From assembly GCA_040954595.2 (NCBI GenBank), contig CM082581.2, positions 10,415,099 to 10,479,098 on the forward strand: a DNA stretch of 64,000 bases. Direction: 5' to 3'. This DNA is from Balanoglossus misakiensis (lineage: Eukaryota > Animalia > Hemichordata). The position numbers were made by a program, and so were the translations under genes. Below are positions 23,301 to 50,990 of this stretch, piece after piece. The notes under the pieces were generated by a model. The model did not search any database and was not told the origin of the DNA. It saw only the letters and a program-made list of their open reading frames with translations. Numbering within the stretch: the stretch's first letter is position 1; the number at the start of each line of letters is the position of its first letter.

Positions 23301-26300
23301 AGGAGACTGCAGGATCCACCTGGTGGTGGCGCCGATCGTGCTCCTAAGAAGGAGGGAAGGTTGGAAAAAGGGCAGAAAGTGAGGAAACGATCAGACCTGC
23401 CAACAGACAGAAGTGCAATGATCCTGAAAGGCCTGGCAGATGGAACTTCAAAAGAGAATATCGACCTTTACTTGGAAAATCGTTCACACATTCCAGAAAC
23501 TCCGAACTTACTGTTTGGTGAGGAACCTGGCACTGTGATGGTCAGATACTCAGAAGATATACCAGGTAATAAGCAGACATGTACAAATGACAGAATGATC
23601 AAGTTCCTCCTTTACGTTGAGCTGTAAAGCAGACAATTCACCAAGCTTGAATCTTTGCTGTTTACTTTTAACAGTTCACTGAAAACCTCATTGTTTCTCT
23701 GTTTCTTTGCTTTTCTGTTCAAGATTTTGATGGAGTTGTACGCCGTATTAGTCAAAAATCATTGAATGGGGCCAGACTTACTGCCGAGCCAGCCTACCAG
23801 ACTAACTGTATTCTGGTTGAGGGTTTGCCACCCGATTGTTCCGAAGACGTGTTGACTTTGTATTTTGAAAGCAGCAGACGAAGTGGTGGTGGGAGTGTGG
23901 ACTTTGTTGACTTTGATGAGGAAAGAAACGCAGCTCAAGTATTCTTTCAAGATTACAAAGGTGAGAGACTCACAACAACAAAAGTCTCCTCCTTGAAATA
24001 CATGTCTGCAATGTGTTTGTTCTCTGCCATTTGACTGTATGTCTTTCAGTAGAGATGTCATGACTGTGTGAGATCATATCAAATACACAGTTACAGTACT
24101 CAAGGTTACTCAACCATTTAGTCAAAGATACAATCATAAAATGAACCTTTATTGCATCATAGGATAACAACTTGTCAGTGTCTTCAAGAATGAACAAGTG
24201 AAACATGAATATTATTGATAAACAAAACCTTATTAGGCATAAATATAATGGAACATAAATATATAAACCTCTGTGTACACGAAATTGGCCCTCTTACTCA
24301 CAAAGTCACTCACAATGTATTTTTTTCTCTGCAGTTGTTGAAAATGTGCTACAGAAGAGACATGTGATCAATAAGGTTCCGCTTACTGTGCTGCCATTCC
24401 ATGCTAACTTGGGTTATGTCATCAGTGGTGAAGAACTAACTCCCAGAATTCCAAAACCTGTCACTGTTGATGTGGATCCTGTGATTGTGGGATTTATCAT
24501 GACAAAGGTGCGCCAATTTGGTGAAGAATTCCAACAAATTTTGGGAAAAGCGCACGCTCAGATTGAGTGGCCATATCAAGGAAGGCACGACGTAGTGGTA
24601 TTGATACCTGCTCTCACCCCAGACACAAAAAATCTTCACAGAATTGTGAAAAGTTGGCAAAAGGACGCAGTCGACACCTTGCAGCAGTATCTGCACAGAT
24701 ACAAAATGGTCACCATTCCGGTGCTTGAGGGGATCTGGTTGAAGGTCAAAAGTCAAGTTGGATCACTAGCTACAAGTGGTGATCCCGTAGACTTTCAGAT
24801 GGAGCAGTCGTCATCCATGATTTTCATCACCGGTAAAGTGGCCGACGTCACCAAACTCGAAGCGAGGGTCAAGGAGATTATCGAGGTCATCGAAGATGAA
24901 ATGCAGAAAGCCAAGCAGAGGACCACTGAAAGTGTGAATATCCAGGAAGATTTCAAGATCAAACAACTCCTAATGTGCAGATTTTCCAAAGAAATCATGG
25001 AGAAATTTTCAGGACTTCAAGTGAAAATTGTATCTAAAGCTCGCAAAGTCACCTTTGAAGGTCTGCCGAATGATATAGTGATGGCCAAAGTAAAAATGTA
25101 TGAGACTCTCAACACATTACCCGTGAAGAAGTTCACTCCACCTTCACAGAATATTAGAGAATTCTTACAAGACCCAAGTGTCACTCAGAAGATCTATGAT
25201 ATCTTTAAAACCAGGGGTTTTAGAGCTGCCTATATGGTTCAGGAAGAAGTCATTTGCTCTGCTTCCACTGAAGAGACAGCAAAACAAGCCATTCAGATTC
25301 TGAAGAACAGTGTCGCCGAGTACTCTATTGATCTGAAACCACAATCCCTGGCTGCTATTCAAAAAGACGAATGGCAGCGGTTGGTGAAAGAGCTAGAAGA
25401 CGAAGAAACAGTCTACATACTGCACCCGCAGGCAAGTTCTAGAAACGCTGTCACCGTCATTGGCTTCAAAACGAATCTGTCGCCCGTGGCGACCAAACTT
25501 GAAAGTTTCATCAAGCAGCACACTGTGATTGATGAAGTCATCAAGATGGAACCCGGTCGACTGAGGTTCATCTTTAATTCAAAAGGAGAAGACTTACAAG
25601 AAATACAACAGCAAGCCAAGCAGCAGCCTGTCACCATCAACAAACACAAAAACGGTGTCGGCATAGTTGTGAGCGGAACTGAGGACGACGTGAGAATGGC
25701 CTGTCAACAGGTGAGGAAACTCGCTGAGAAAGTCGACAGCCGACCGCACCCAATCGATAAACCCGGAATCCCCGCACTCTTTAAAGAAGACAAGGGGAAA
25801 ACATACCTGAAACTGGTAGAGGGTGAATTCAATTGCTGCATCGACGTAACTGACCCATCCGAAGTTGAAGAAGCCATGGAGGCCGAGGATGAACCTGAAA
25901 GCGTTCCACAGATGCCACCACCACCTACTCTGACGGTGTTGTGTTATCACACAATGCAGGATGGCAGGAGAATTGTGGTGGGCAAGGGAGATCTTACCCA
26001 GATGCCTGTCCAGGCTATTGTCAATGGTTGTACTCCACAACTAGATCATTCAGGAGGACTAGCAAAGGCCATTGTAGATGCAGGTAGGTTGCTAACCCAG
26101 CCGAACAAAACTCTGACATTTTGAAGTGATTTCCAAATTTCATGTTATTATTTCAAAGGCAAATATCATCAACCTATGTGTCAAATAGTCTTTCAAAATG
26201 GAATTCTTGATTGAACCACTGTGTGTATTGTCCAATTTAACCTTTTATGAATGATTGCAAGGTGGCAGATTAATTTACTGTTTTTCATTTGTTAATGTCA

Positions 26301-28958
26301 GGTGGCCAGACAATTGCTGATGAAACAGCTAGCATTCTAAGGAGCAAAGGTGGGAGATTATTTCCAGGCCAAGTGGTTTCCACTGGGTCTGGAAATCTTC
26401 CGTGCGTGAGAATCATCCATGCAGTTGGACCGTCATGGAACCGTTCGAGAAGAGGGGGATTAGAAGAGGGGATGTCACGAGAAGAAAAGTTGCTTTATGA
26501 CACTGTGTGGAATAGTTTGTGGGAAGCTGAGGTGCACCAGTGTCGTTCTGTAGCCCTGCCTGCCATCAGTTCAGGGGCTTTCGGTTTCCCCTTAGATCTT
26601 TGCGTGGGCACCATCATTGCAACTGTAGATGAATACTGCAGTACACAACCACTAAGATTTCTGAACGAGATTAATCTAGTGGATAATGCTGATATGACCT
26701 GCAAAGCTTTCCAAGGCAAACTGGTTGAGTACTTTGGCTCTGAAAATGTCACCATACCTGATCAGTTTCCAGGTAGGTGTATTTTACATTTCACAGCGCA
26801 AAACACTAACTTGGTTACTTGGCTTTGATGGGACACATCATGACCTTACATGCTAACATACAGTCTGTCAATATTCATATTTCCTTGGTGTAATTTCTGA
26901 GGAAAAGATACGTTTTCATATTTCTAAACATGATTTGCTTGTTGGACTTTGATTGTCCAAACATTTTGAAATCTCTAGGTATGAACTGTCATTTGTAGAA
27001 CTTTGTAAGTAGCGTTCAAAGAAGCTGACCAATCGCATTATTTTTTTCCAATTATCGTAAATAAACGACTAGGAGGATATGCTGGAAGTATGAGTTCCCA
27101 GAGAGGAAGATTTAGAGGTCCGGCCACTAATGATGACCTACCGGGTACTTCGCTGCAGCCACAGTCAAACACATCAGAAGTGAAGACTGCTGAAGGAATT
27201 GTGATCAAGTTGGTCAAAGGAAGCATAGCCAAACAAACGGTAATTTATTACTTCACCAAGTGGCACAATGAGATATTTTATTAATCAGTTTTTCATTAAG
27301 GTAAATTCTGATGCCATGGATAAATTTTCTTTTTCTCCGACATCGACAGACTGACATCATAGTTAACACCACGCAGACTACCCTGGCTCTGAACACAGGG
27401 GGCGTTTCCGCGGCAATTCTAAAAGTAGCAGGGCCACAACTTCAGCGAGATATCGTAGCACAGAAGGATGCTGGTGCGGATGTCCGAGCTGGTAGCATTA
27501 TTGTAACAGGTGGAGCCAAATTGAAATGTGAAGCTGTTTATCATGTTCTGTGCTGTCATTGGAATGGACAACCGAATGCTGAGAAAGTAAGGACAGTTTA
27601 TTAAAATGACTTACATATGCAACATCAATCTGTTTTGCATTGTGATCCAGTGTGGTCACCAGACAGCCATTTTGTCAGAGTCTTTTATGTCCATATGAGC
27701 CATTTGCACAGGCATGACAAATGAGCTATTTAAACAGACATACCTCAACCAATTGTGTTTAAACTTTGGACAAGGATGATTTACTTTGGCGTAGTCTTCT
27801 AACTTGGCATAATCCTGCAATTTCTTCCACTTATGTCATGGACAATGATCTTTTTTTTCAGCTGTTGAGAGGTCTACTGAGGCAGTGTTTTCAAGGAGCA
27901 GACCAAAGTGGGATGACTTCCATCGCATTCCCTGCTATTGGCACTGGTGGACTTGGATTTCCAGCCAACATCACTGCAAAAGTGATGTACGAGGAGGCGA
28001 AAAAATTCAGCACAAGTAACCCTGCGACATCACTGAAGGATATCAGATTTGTGATTTATGATCAAGACCATCAAACGTATCAGGTGAGCATGAGTTTGTG
28101 TGCGACATTTTGTTCCAGAGAAGCCTAGCTGTCACTGCTGTACATTGTATGTCTAGCAATAGCTGTCTGTACATACATTGTTTGCATGGCATTCTTACCA
28201 ACATCAAGGCACTGACGATCAGCTCATATCTGATGAGGTGACATCATTCATGCTCCAACTTCTTAACTGACCAGAGAGAAACCACAGCTTGTATGTTAAC
28301 TCAATATTTCTGTTGAATGCCAACATCTGTCCTAATCTGTGTGATCCCTTTTTTCTGAAAAGGCATTCAAAAGTGAACTACAACAACTGACTGGAGGAAC
28401 TGCTAAGAGAAGACACAGTACCAAAGGAGATCAGAAAAAGAACTCTGCAGGCATGAATCCAGCAATGCATGGATCACATGCCAGCCACTCTCCATTGACA
28501 CAAACACCAGGTTTTCAAGACCGTTCTTCTCATTCAATTAGAGGATCTGGTGAGTTCAATAGTATCTCCATGTGAAATGCAATTATTTGTGAATGATGCA
28601 AGAAACATATACTGTGAACTTACAAAGGACAAGTCAAGAAATGATCATATACATACATGCCCCCCAATGCCCCCCCTCAATGCCTTCCAATCCCCCTCCA
28701 ATGCCCCCAATGCCTTCCAATGCCCTCCAATCCCCCTCCAATGCCCCCAATGCCTTCCAATGCCCTCCAATCCCCCTCCAATGCCCTCCAATCCCCCTCC
28801 AATGCCCCCCAATGCCTTCCAATGCCCTCCAATCCCCCTCCAATGCCCTCCAATCCCCCTCCAATGCCCCTCTGGTCTCGAAACCCTAATAAACTACTTG
28901 CTGATTTTATGGTAACTGAAAAACATTCTCAAGTGCACTTTCTTCATTAGATTGTCTA

Positions 28959-28992
<34 letters not shown>

Positions 28993-31900
28993 TTATTTGT
29001 ATAGCGTCAGTATCCACAAAAAAATGTGATCAATGACGCTTAAAGCAAAAGTACAATACAACAAATGGCTAAAAAACAGATTTAAAAAGTAAAGTTTTAA
29101 CATTTGATTTAAAAACAGATAAGTCTGGTGCCTGGCGAATGGTGAGTGGAAGATTATTCCAAAGAATTGGAGCAGCAACAGTAAAAGCGCGATCACCATA
29201 ACTCTTGGTGCGTGATCGAACAGGGCAGAGTTTGAACTGATCAGCTGACCTTAAATTGCGACATGGAACATATAGATTAGTCATGCTAGAAAGATAGATT
29301 GGACCAAGTTTATGAATGGATTTAAAAATGAGAACTAACATCTTAAAAACAATACGCTCTGTAACAGGTAGCCAGTGCAACTGATACAAAATTGGAGTGA
29401 TGTGACAGGTGATTTTAGAACGAGTTACAATTCTAGCAGCAATATTCTGAACGCGTTGGATACGGTTGATTGAATACTTCGGGAGCCCAAATAAAAGTGA
29501 ATTACATGAATCAATTTGAGACGTAATGAATGCATGAACTAATTGCTCTGTAGCTGAATGAGATAAATATTTGCGGATAAGCGCAATGCGACGTAAATGA
29601 AAAGTGGCAGAGCGGCAGATCTGTCCAATATGTGGCTTCATTGTCAGACAAGAGTCAAGGATCACTCCAAGGCTCTTAGCCTGACAATGGACGGGAATCA
29701 GAGAATCGCCAACACGAATTTCTGAAATCCCTCTAGCAGAAAGTTGTGTTTGTAATTTCAGGGGGAGAAGATTCCATGTACACTGGTCTGAAACAATCTG
29801 CCAGGGGTTCACAGATGATGATTGGAAATATTTGTGTGCAAGTACAGCAAGGGGACATCACCAAGGAAACCACTGATGCCATTGTCAACAGTACCAACGT
29901 AGACCTCGATCTCAGTATGGGTAAGGGTTTGCTTTTTTGTGAACTTATTGATGGATAATTTTTGAATTTTAAGTCACACTGAATAAAATTTCAAAAGTAA
30001 CGAGTCCTATAATATTAGTGATTGCAAGTAGTCTGACTGATTTCCACATAACTTTTTCAAGCTTCAGAAATTTATTTTCGGTGTGACGCTATCCCCTTTG
30101 ACCTCATGGTGTTAATTTTTACAGGAGGTGTTTCCAAAGCCATTGTTGCTGCTGGAGGAAGAACTATTGTGAGGGAATGCCAGAAATTGCGTAAGCATAT
30201 TTGATTTATAGTGAGATCATGCAGTCAAATCTGTGTCTAGGGGGCCTCGTCGTCTGTATAATGGACACTTGTCTATGGTGGCCACTTTGTTACAGTCCCT
30301 GCACAATCTACAAGTTCCCCTAACTGTCTATTAAGAACAGTCCTTGACTTGCTTCTGGGTGACAGCACTGTACATGTATGTCTTTTAAAAATTGTTAAAC
30401 CACATATTAAACAGTGATTCATTGAAATATATTCATGTGCCGTCCAATGATGAAAAATCATTTTCTTTTTTCGACAAATGTAATTTTTTCAAGGAATGAA
30501 ACATACCACCAAAGTGATCTCATTAAGAATTGAATTTGAAATAAACTCTTCTGCCATTTCCAGAGAAACAGCAAGCTGACACTGTGGTGATGACTGGTGC
30601 TGGTAACCTCAAATGTAAAAATATCATTCATATGATAACACCATATCAGAAGTTGGAAGACAGCATTGTGAAGATGCTTGCATTTGCGGAGCAGCAGAGA
30701 ATGAAATCCTTAACTATGCCAGCAGTCGGAACTGGTAAGGAATAATTTTAATCATTGCAACCACAGATATGCTGTAATTGATAGTTGTAATCAAAGCATT
30801 GTGACGGGCTACGATGAAACTGATGCACAGATTGATCTGATGGAGTCGCATATCATTACAGCACAAATTCTGTATACCCAATGACATGCAAGGGTTAAGG
30901 GTGTATGAAATAGTACTGTGTTATCCAATAATACCAAAGTTACATGTACTTTTGGTTGTGTTAATAAGATGAACAATTCATAATTTAGGATTATCAGAGT
31001 TGTGGAGCACACTCACTCCACACATGCCGTGGTAGAGTGAAACACTGCATTGTATCGACACGAATCTACAGTATAATGTCCCATTTTTTTTATTCCAGGG
31101 GCACTAGGAATAAGTCCTGCAAAAGTGGCTCACCTAACACTGGAAGCCATTGGAGACTTTTTTCAAGAACACAAACCGCAACATCTCAAACTGATCCGAG
31201 TGACAGTCTTTCAGCCACCAATGGTTCAATCGTTTCATCAGGCGATGGCCAATCTCCACGGAAAACCACCAAAGGATAAACGTAACGTGCTGCGAAAAGC
31301 TTGGGGTATAATTCCATAATATTTGTCATTTCACTCTATATCCTCTTCATCGAGTGTTAACTTTGATACTTTACCACATTCAAATTAATCACATCTCTAT
31401 TAAGGACATATCTTTCAAGACAAAAGTTACAGTTTTAATAGAAAATTACATGTCTCTTAAGGACACCTCTCTGTTAATGACAGATTTTCTGGTCCCAGAG
31501 GTGTTTTTAGTGACACGTTTCACTGTATATACTTTTCAATGTTTAACAAACAGATGCCACTTTTGGGAAAGTTCATCTTTTTGGAGCGAGCTCTGGTGAA
31601 GCCGAGAAAACATGGCATACACTGATATTGTACATCTTTGCTGGGAGAAAGGCAGACATTGATGGAGCCATCGAGAAGCTGGAGAAATTAATCGACTCAG
31701 AATTCGGAGACCACGTAAGCTGGATTTGTAATGCATTATGCGCATGTATAATTTCTGTGGGAACAGTGGGTTCCAAGTTTGCCATTAACACAAGTTTATA
31801 ATGCTATGGTAAAATTGGCTGTTATTCACATACAATATTGTACTTGCCGGGAATAGCTAAACTAATGTATGTTTTCCTGTTATCAACAGGTTATTTCCAA

Positions 31901-34136
31901 GGATGCCATTGGCAAAATGAAACCTGAAGATCTAAGTCACATCAAAGTATTTGCAGAACCCTTTCAGGTCAGCCATAGATGAATATTTCAGTAAAATAAG
32001 TCGAAACAAAATATGTCCTTATTTTCTTAAGTTCAATCTTAGCATTGTGCATTTCCCCCCATATGAATCAATGTGCATTCAATTGCCATTTCTTTTAGAG
32101 TGCAAGGATGCAGTTCAGAAATAGTTAAAACTCAATTTTAAATGTAGCAAGAGCTCACAAGTGCATGGTTATACAAGCTGATGTAACGGCAACTGATTTA
32201 GTTTTACCCTTCAAAGAAAAATTGTGGAGTTACAATGCTATTCCTTGATTAAACAGGTTACCTGCAGGGTGCCCTGCAAAAGACCCTTGATTTTGAATTT
32301 CTGTTGATCAACAGGTGAAAGTCGAAAAGATTGACACAGGTCGTGTAGTCCGCCTCCGATTGCAAGGAAGAATCCGTGATGTTGTCAAGGTGCAAGAAGA
32401 AATCAATGATATTCTGGATCGCATTTCTGAGGAGGAAAGACAAAGAAAGGAAGTCTTGATGTTGGCCAAAAATGTCAAATGGATGTTTCTGAGTGATGTT
32501 GAAAAGTTCGATGAGTACGACGACGACATCATTGGTCTGATTGAACAGGCAAAAATGGGCGGGAAAAGGGATGTCGAGTTTGAGATTGGGGATGGAAAAT
32601 ACAGGATCAATTTCCAAAAAATGGAAGAGACAGACTTGGATGATATGTCAACAGTTCCAGTGAGGAGAGAGCTTAGAGAAGGTATGTTTTTATCTCCTGT
32701 AAAATACCGATGGTGTACCATGTAGGTGTGTCGCCAGCTGGTTCTGATGCTAAGAGCCCAATTTTAGACCATTTACCCCCCCCCCCCCCCCAACACACAC
32801 GCACACACAAATCAAATGTATATTTGATCAAAGAGGCATCTCTGTCTACTTCAATAACTTGATAACCACTGAAGGCACGATGTCTATATACTGCTCCATG
32901 GGGCAAAGATTTGTAAAACCGTGGAATACACAACTGCGACATCAATTACATGTATGTTGGACATGCATATCATCCTTTACACATGTTGTGATTTATAACT
33001 TGTTTTCTCAGGTATATTAATCAGAAATGTATTTTTAACTTTTAGGAGGGGTCCCTCTTCCACCAAATTGGAAAAACATGACTCCTAATAAAAATTTTGA
33101 ATCAGAAACTTTGGATCCCAGATCATTGGAATACCAAGGAGTGGAGACATCATTCAAGCAGACACTTCAACCAGGGTATAATTTAACTCAAATTGTCCGG
33201 GTAAGTTAAAAGGGATGGTAGCTTTTAACTTTTGTTTCTTTTTGAATGATTTTGTTCATTGTATCAACTGCAGTATCTTTTTCTACTTCCTATGTTATGC
33301 TATTGAAAACGACCACTGTTCTTCTTAAGTGAGTTTTATATGAATTGTGTTTTTAGATTGAACGTCTGCAGAACCAACATTTGTATCGCCAGTTCTTCAT
33401 AATGAGGCAGACCTTAGAAGCGAAAAATCGCAGGGGTACCAAGAATGAAAGAACATTATATCATGGAACAAGTGCTGACTCCATTGGTAAAATAAATACG
33501 ATGGGTTTTAACAGAAGTTTTTCGGGTAAAAATGGTAAGTGGTTATTATAAGATAGCATCAAATATGTCAATCACTACAAGATAGAAGCAATTTGCATAT
33601 GATAGAACACTACTTGTCAAAAATTTGCGTTTCATCCAATCCCACCTTCCCCACTATACCATTACCTTTTCGACAATTTATGTTCATAGTATCTTTTTTT
33701 ATTAAACACAGAGATGTCAATGGTTGCAGAGATTATAAATGTGTTTTTCCGCACCAGTCGATAATCAAAGGAGACAGTGACAAAAAAAGCTCAGTCTTCA
33801 TATAAACGTCTTAATTATTGATGAATGCATCAATGTTTGTCCTTTACAGCAATTCTGTATGGAGCTGGCACATACTTCGCCGTCAATTCTGAATTATCAG
33901 CACGAAGCGTATATTCTCCCCCTGATGCCAATGGTTATAAGTACATCTACCAAGCCAAGGTATTGACAGGAGAATACACAGCAGGTTCACAGAACATGCT
34001 GGTACCTCCATCTAAGAATCCTAATGATCCCACAGATTGCTACGATAGTGTTGTTGATAATACAGCAAATCCAGAAATCTTTGTCGTGTTCAATGATGCC
34101 GTGGCCTATCCAGAGTATCTGATAGTATTTAGCTAG
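17386..34136 (+). CDS. PARP14: PARP14-like mono-ADP-ribosyltransferase (~7 RRM-like, Q/P-rich region, KH-like array, 3 macrodomains, KH-like, WWE, ART), ~2731 aa
   Basis: 26 GT-AG exons: 17386-17605, 18107-18279, 19689-20973, 21086-21271, 21533-21652, 21808-21996, 22358-22615, 22770-23003, 23134-23565, 23724-23960, 24335-26083, 26302-26772, 27073-27239, 27350-27586, 27862-28083, 28363-28549, 29762-29920, 30125-30190, 30564-30734, 31099-31305, 31554-31714, 31890-31967, 32315-32681, 33046-33200, 33357-33534, 33850-34136 (sum 8196 nt, divisible by 3). Repeated LYFESxRxGGG RRM motifs; three macrodomains; WWE (KYRINFQKMEETD); ART domain ERTLYHGT, GFNRSF, YGAGTYFA, PEIFVVF, AYPEYLI. The H-Y-I triad indicates a mono-ART. 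The symbol marks the family; one-to-one orthology is unproven. Confidence 0.93.
28657..28870. repeat. C-rich minisatellite (CCAATGCCCY / CCAATCCCCCT units) in PARP14 intron 16
   Basis: About 20 tandem 10-11-bp variants visible directly; they explain the spurious Pro-rich ORFs here. Confidence 0.95.
28963..29740 (-). mobile_element. 5'-truncated non-LTR retrotransposon (L2/CR1-group LINE): 3' end of ORF2 plus (TTA)n tail
   Basis: Open frame to the stop at 29069 with AKSLGVILDSCLTM, LVHAFITSQIDSCNSLLFGLP, HITPILYQLHWLPV, YGDRAFTVAAPILWNNLP (typical post-RT region of L2/CR1 ORF2). Short 3'UTR and (TTA)~10 tail at 28963-28992. Candidate TSD AAGTT at 28958-28962 and 29741-29745. Confidence 0.9.
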
Positions 34137-36281
34137 AACGGTTCCTTAAACAGGAATCACAGAGACATGGCAGATTAGTGTTGTTTTTTTGATATTCTGT
34201 ATATCTTCTAGAACAGTGTGGTTCTATATGTGTAGTGTCCATAAACTTTAAACAGTTTAATCATATTCCAGGTGTGATGTCATAGCTTCTTCCAAGAGTA
34301 CTCGAAAGATGGGATATGTTTTTAGCTGTCACTTACTAGTGCAGATGTTATCTTGACGTGCAAATATATATTACCAGTTTAGCACATAGCATAGTCTACT
34401 TTGTTAAACCATTATATTACTGAGTTTATTTTATGTGTTAATTGAAGCAGATATGATCCGCCAATATTTCAGTGTGTGCCATGTACCTCTTTAACAACAA
34501 ATTTCAAACAATGTTCTCTTTTAAGATTCCTGGGTTGCAAATATGGAAAACTTTCAGAAAGATAATTTAAGGTTTAAAAGATAAATGTAAAGGTTTAAAA
34601 GATCAATATAAAGTTTGTGTACTCAGCGCTCATATTTTAAAAATAGGTGTAATATTTACATATTGATTGATCATGCAGTCTGATGTCTGCCTTTATCTGT
34701 AATGACGAATTAAGGCTTGGCCCTAACAATATTTAATTCATCTCTCAATTTTTTTAATCCTCAATGGGGATTTGAGTTTACCATGGAAACCTTTTAATGG
34801 GATTTCCAAAGTGTGTGTTTAATTATTTCTCTGACTGTAGTTTGTGTGAAGCTAGTGTAGTTTGCTGTATGCATATATATATTTTCATTGTGTCTGACCA
34901 TTTTTGACAAGTCTGACAAAAAGACAGGAAATTCAACCTGGTTAAGTTGAAGGTAGGTTATTCTATGACCTGCAGTTAGGTGATTACATCTACTTTACAG
35001 GTGGGCAAGAATATTATGAGTCAGAGAAGATATAATGTATTGAGAATATGTTTTATTCCTTAATGTTAAAGATTTATCTATCTCACACTATGTACGCGAA
35101 AGTACAAACTCAAACACACAACTTCTAATTAAATACCATAAAAAATTCTGATCAGTGTTTACATTTGCAGATATATCAAAACAGCTGTACAGCAAAGAAA
35201 GCAAAAATTTTGTTTCCATAGAAGTTAAACTGACCTGAAGCAGTCTTGCAACATTTCAATGCACTGCTGGCCACTCCCACAGAAATATCTTTCATGATTT
35301 CATTGTTTACAAAAAATATTGGCAGCATGAGAGCATTTTTTCGGTAGATACTATCAGTAAAACAGTGGCAAGAGCACTCTTCCATTTTGCTCAAAACTGT
35401 CACAAATGTGACACATTTTATCAAGTATATTTGACATCATACTGAACAATTTCTGACAAATTCAACCTTTATTATATATTAGAAGAAAAGATTTGGACTG
35501 ACGGTTTCGTGTACCGTGGCGTTATTTTGCATAGCAGGTGGGTTCGAGAAAAAGTATATGTCATGCAAAATACACTCGTGTAATAGAATGGCTAACTAGT
35601 CAAGTACATGTACATGTTTACTATGGATGGGTCAGATGAAATGGTAAGGTAAGGCACAATACAACTCTGTCAGCAGAAAACTTGCTCACAGACTACGGTT
35701 AACATATTTAGGACTGAAGCTAAATTTCTTCAATAACTTAGTTTTTGATACTATTTCTAAATGAAGGTAAATAACTTACGTTACATTACTACAGCTCAAT
35801 GTCTTCAATAACTTAGCTTCAAAAGCAATGTCACTCAACAGTTGCAATAAAAAGCTCTCAAGACTTCATTGCTTCATGCATTAAAGAAAACAGTAAAATA
35901 TTAAGTAAAAAAACTATTTACAAAGTACAAATGAGGGCATGAATTCACAAATTTATTATTAGCAGTAGTTTTCTTGGCCATTTTTTATACATTTCTTAAT
36001 GGATGATGTTATGCATAACAGTACTGTTCTGTCAATGTTCAATATGCTTCCTTGTGCAGGAATATGTTTGCTTAGTCTTTTTTTCTGCCTGTAGATAGTT
36101 TGCATCCCATTCTGCATGTAATCTGTTCATCTACATCTTCCCATAGTTTGCATCAGTCTGCAGTTTTTCCATCTGCCTCACTCTGTGCTGACCTGCTTTG
36201 TGTGTTCATTGCATGACAACTTTTAGATGCAAACAAAACTGTGAACATCTGGTAAGTTGACTTTATTCATGCTCAATTAAT

Positions 36282-50699
<14,418 letters not shown>

Positions 50700-50990
50700 G
50701 TTCGATGTTGTCTGACGTCGAAGGTCAAAAGGTCGCAGAGCTGATCAGGTGGAAGAAATTTACACGCGAAATGTATTATAAATGTACATGTGTGTGGTAT
50801 TCTCGGTCTTTGTACATAACTTTCCTTAATTCAATCATTTATTTATTATAAATGTTAAATATAGCATATAAAACATGAGATCCAGAATTAAGCTATAATG
50901 TAACTGACCTCAAGTGAAAAATAACCATATATAATACACAAGCCTCTGTAAGAGTTTGTAATGGCGGGCCCTGGTCATCTCTCATGAACG
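50700..50990. promoter_or_regulatory. Compact bidirectional promoter between DOCK and SLF2
   Basis: Divergent ATGs at 50699 (-) and 50991 (+); AT-rich core; YY1-like TAATGGCGG near 50959; TGACGTC near 50714. Confidence 0.55.

Noticed and set aside
28550-28950. Pro-rich and Gly-rich ORFs of 76-121 aa
   Set aside because: Translations of the intronic minisatellite.
29741-29812. N-terminal part of the 247-aa LINE ORF
   Set aside because: Antisense read-through of the PARP14 acceptor and exon 17; the element appears to end near 29740.
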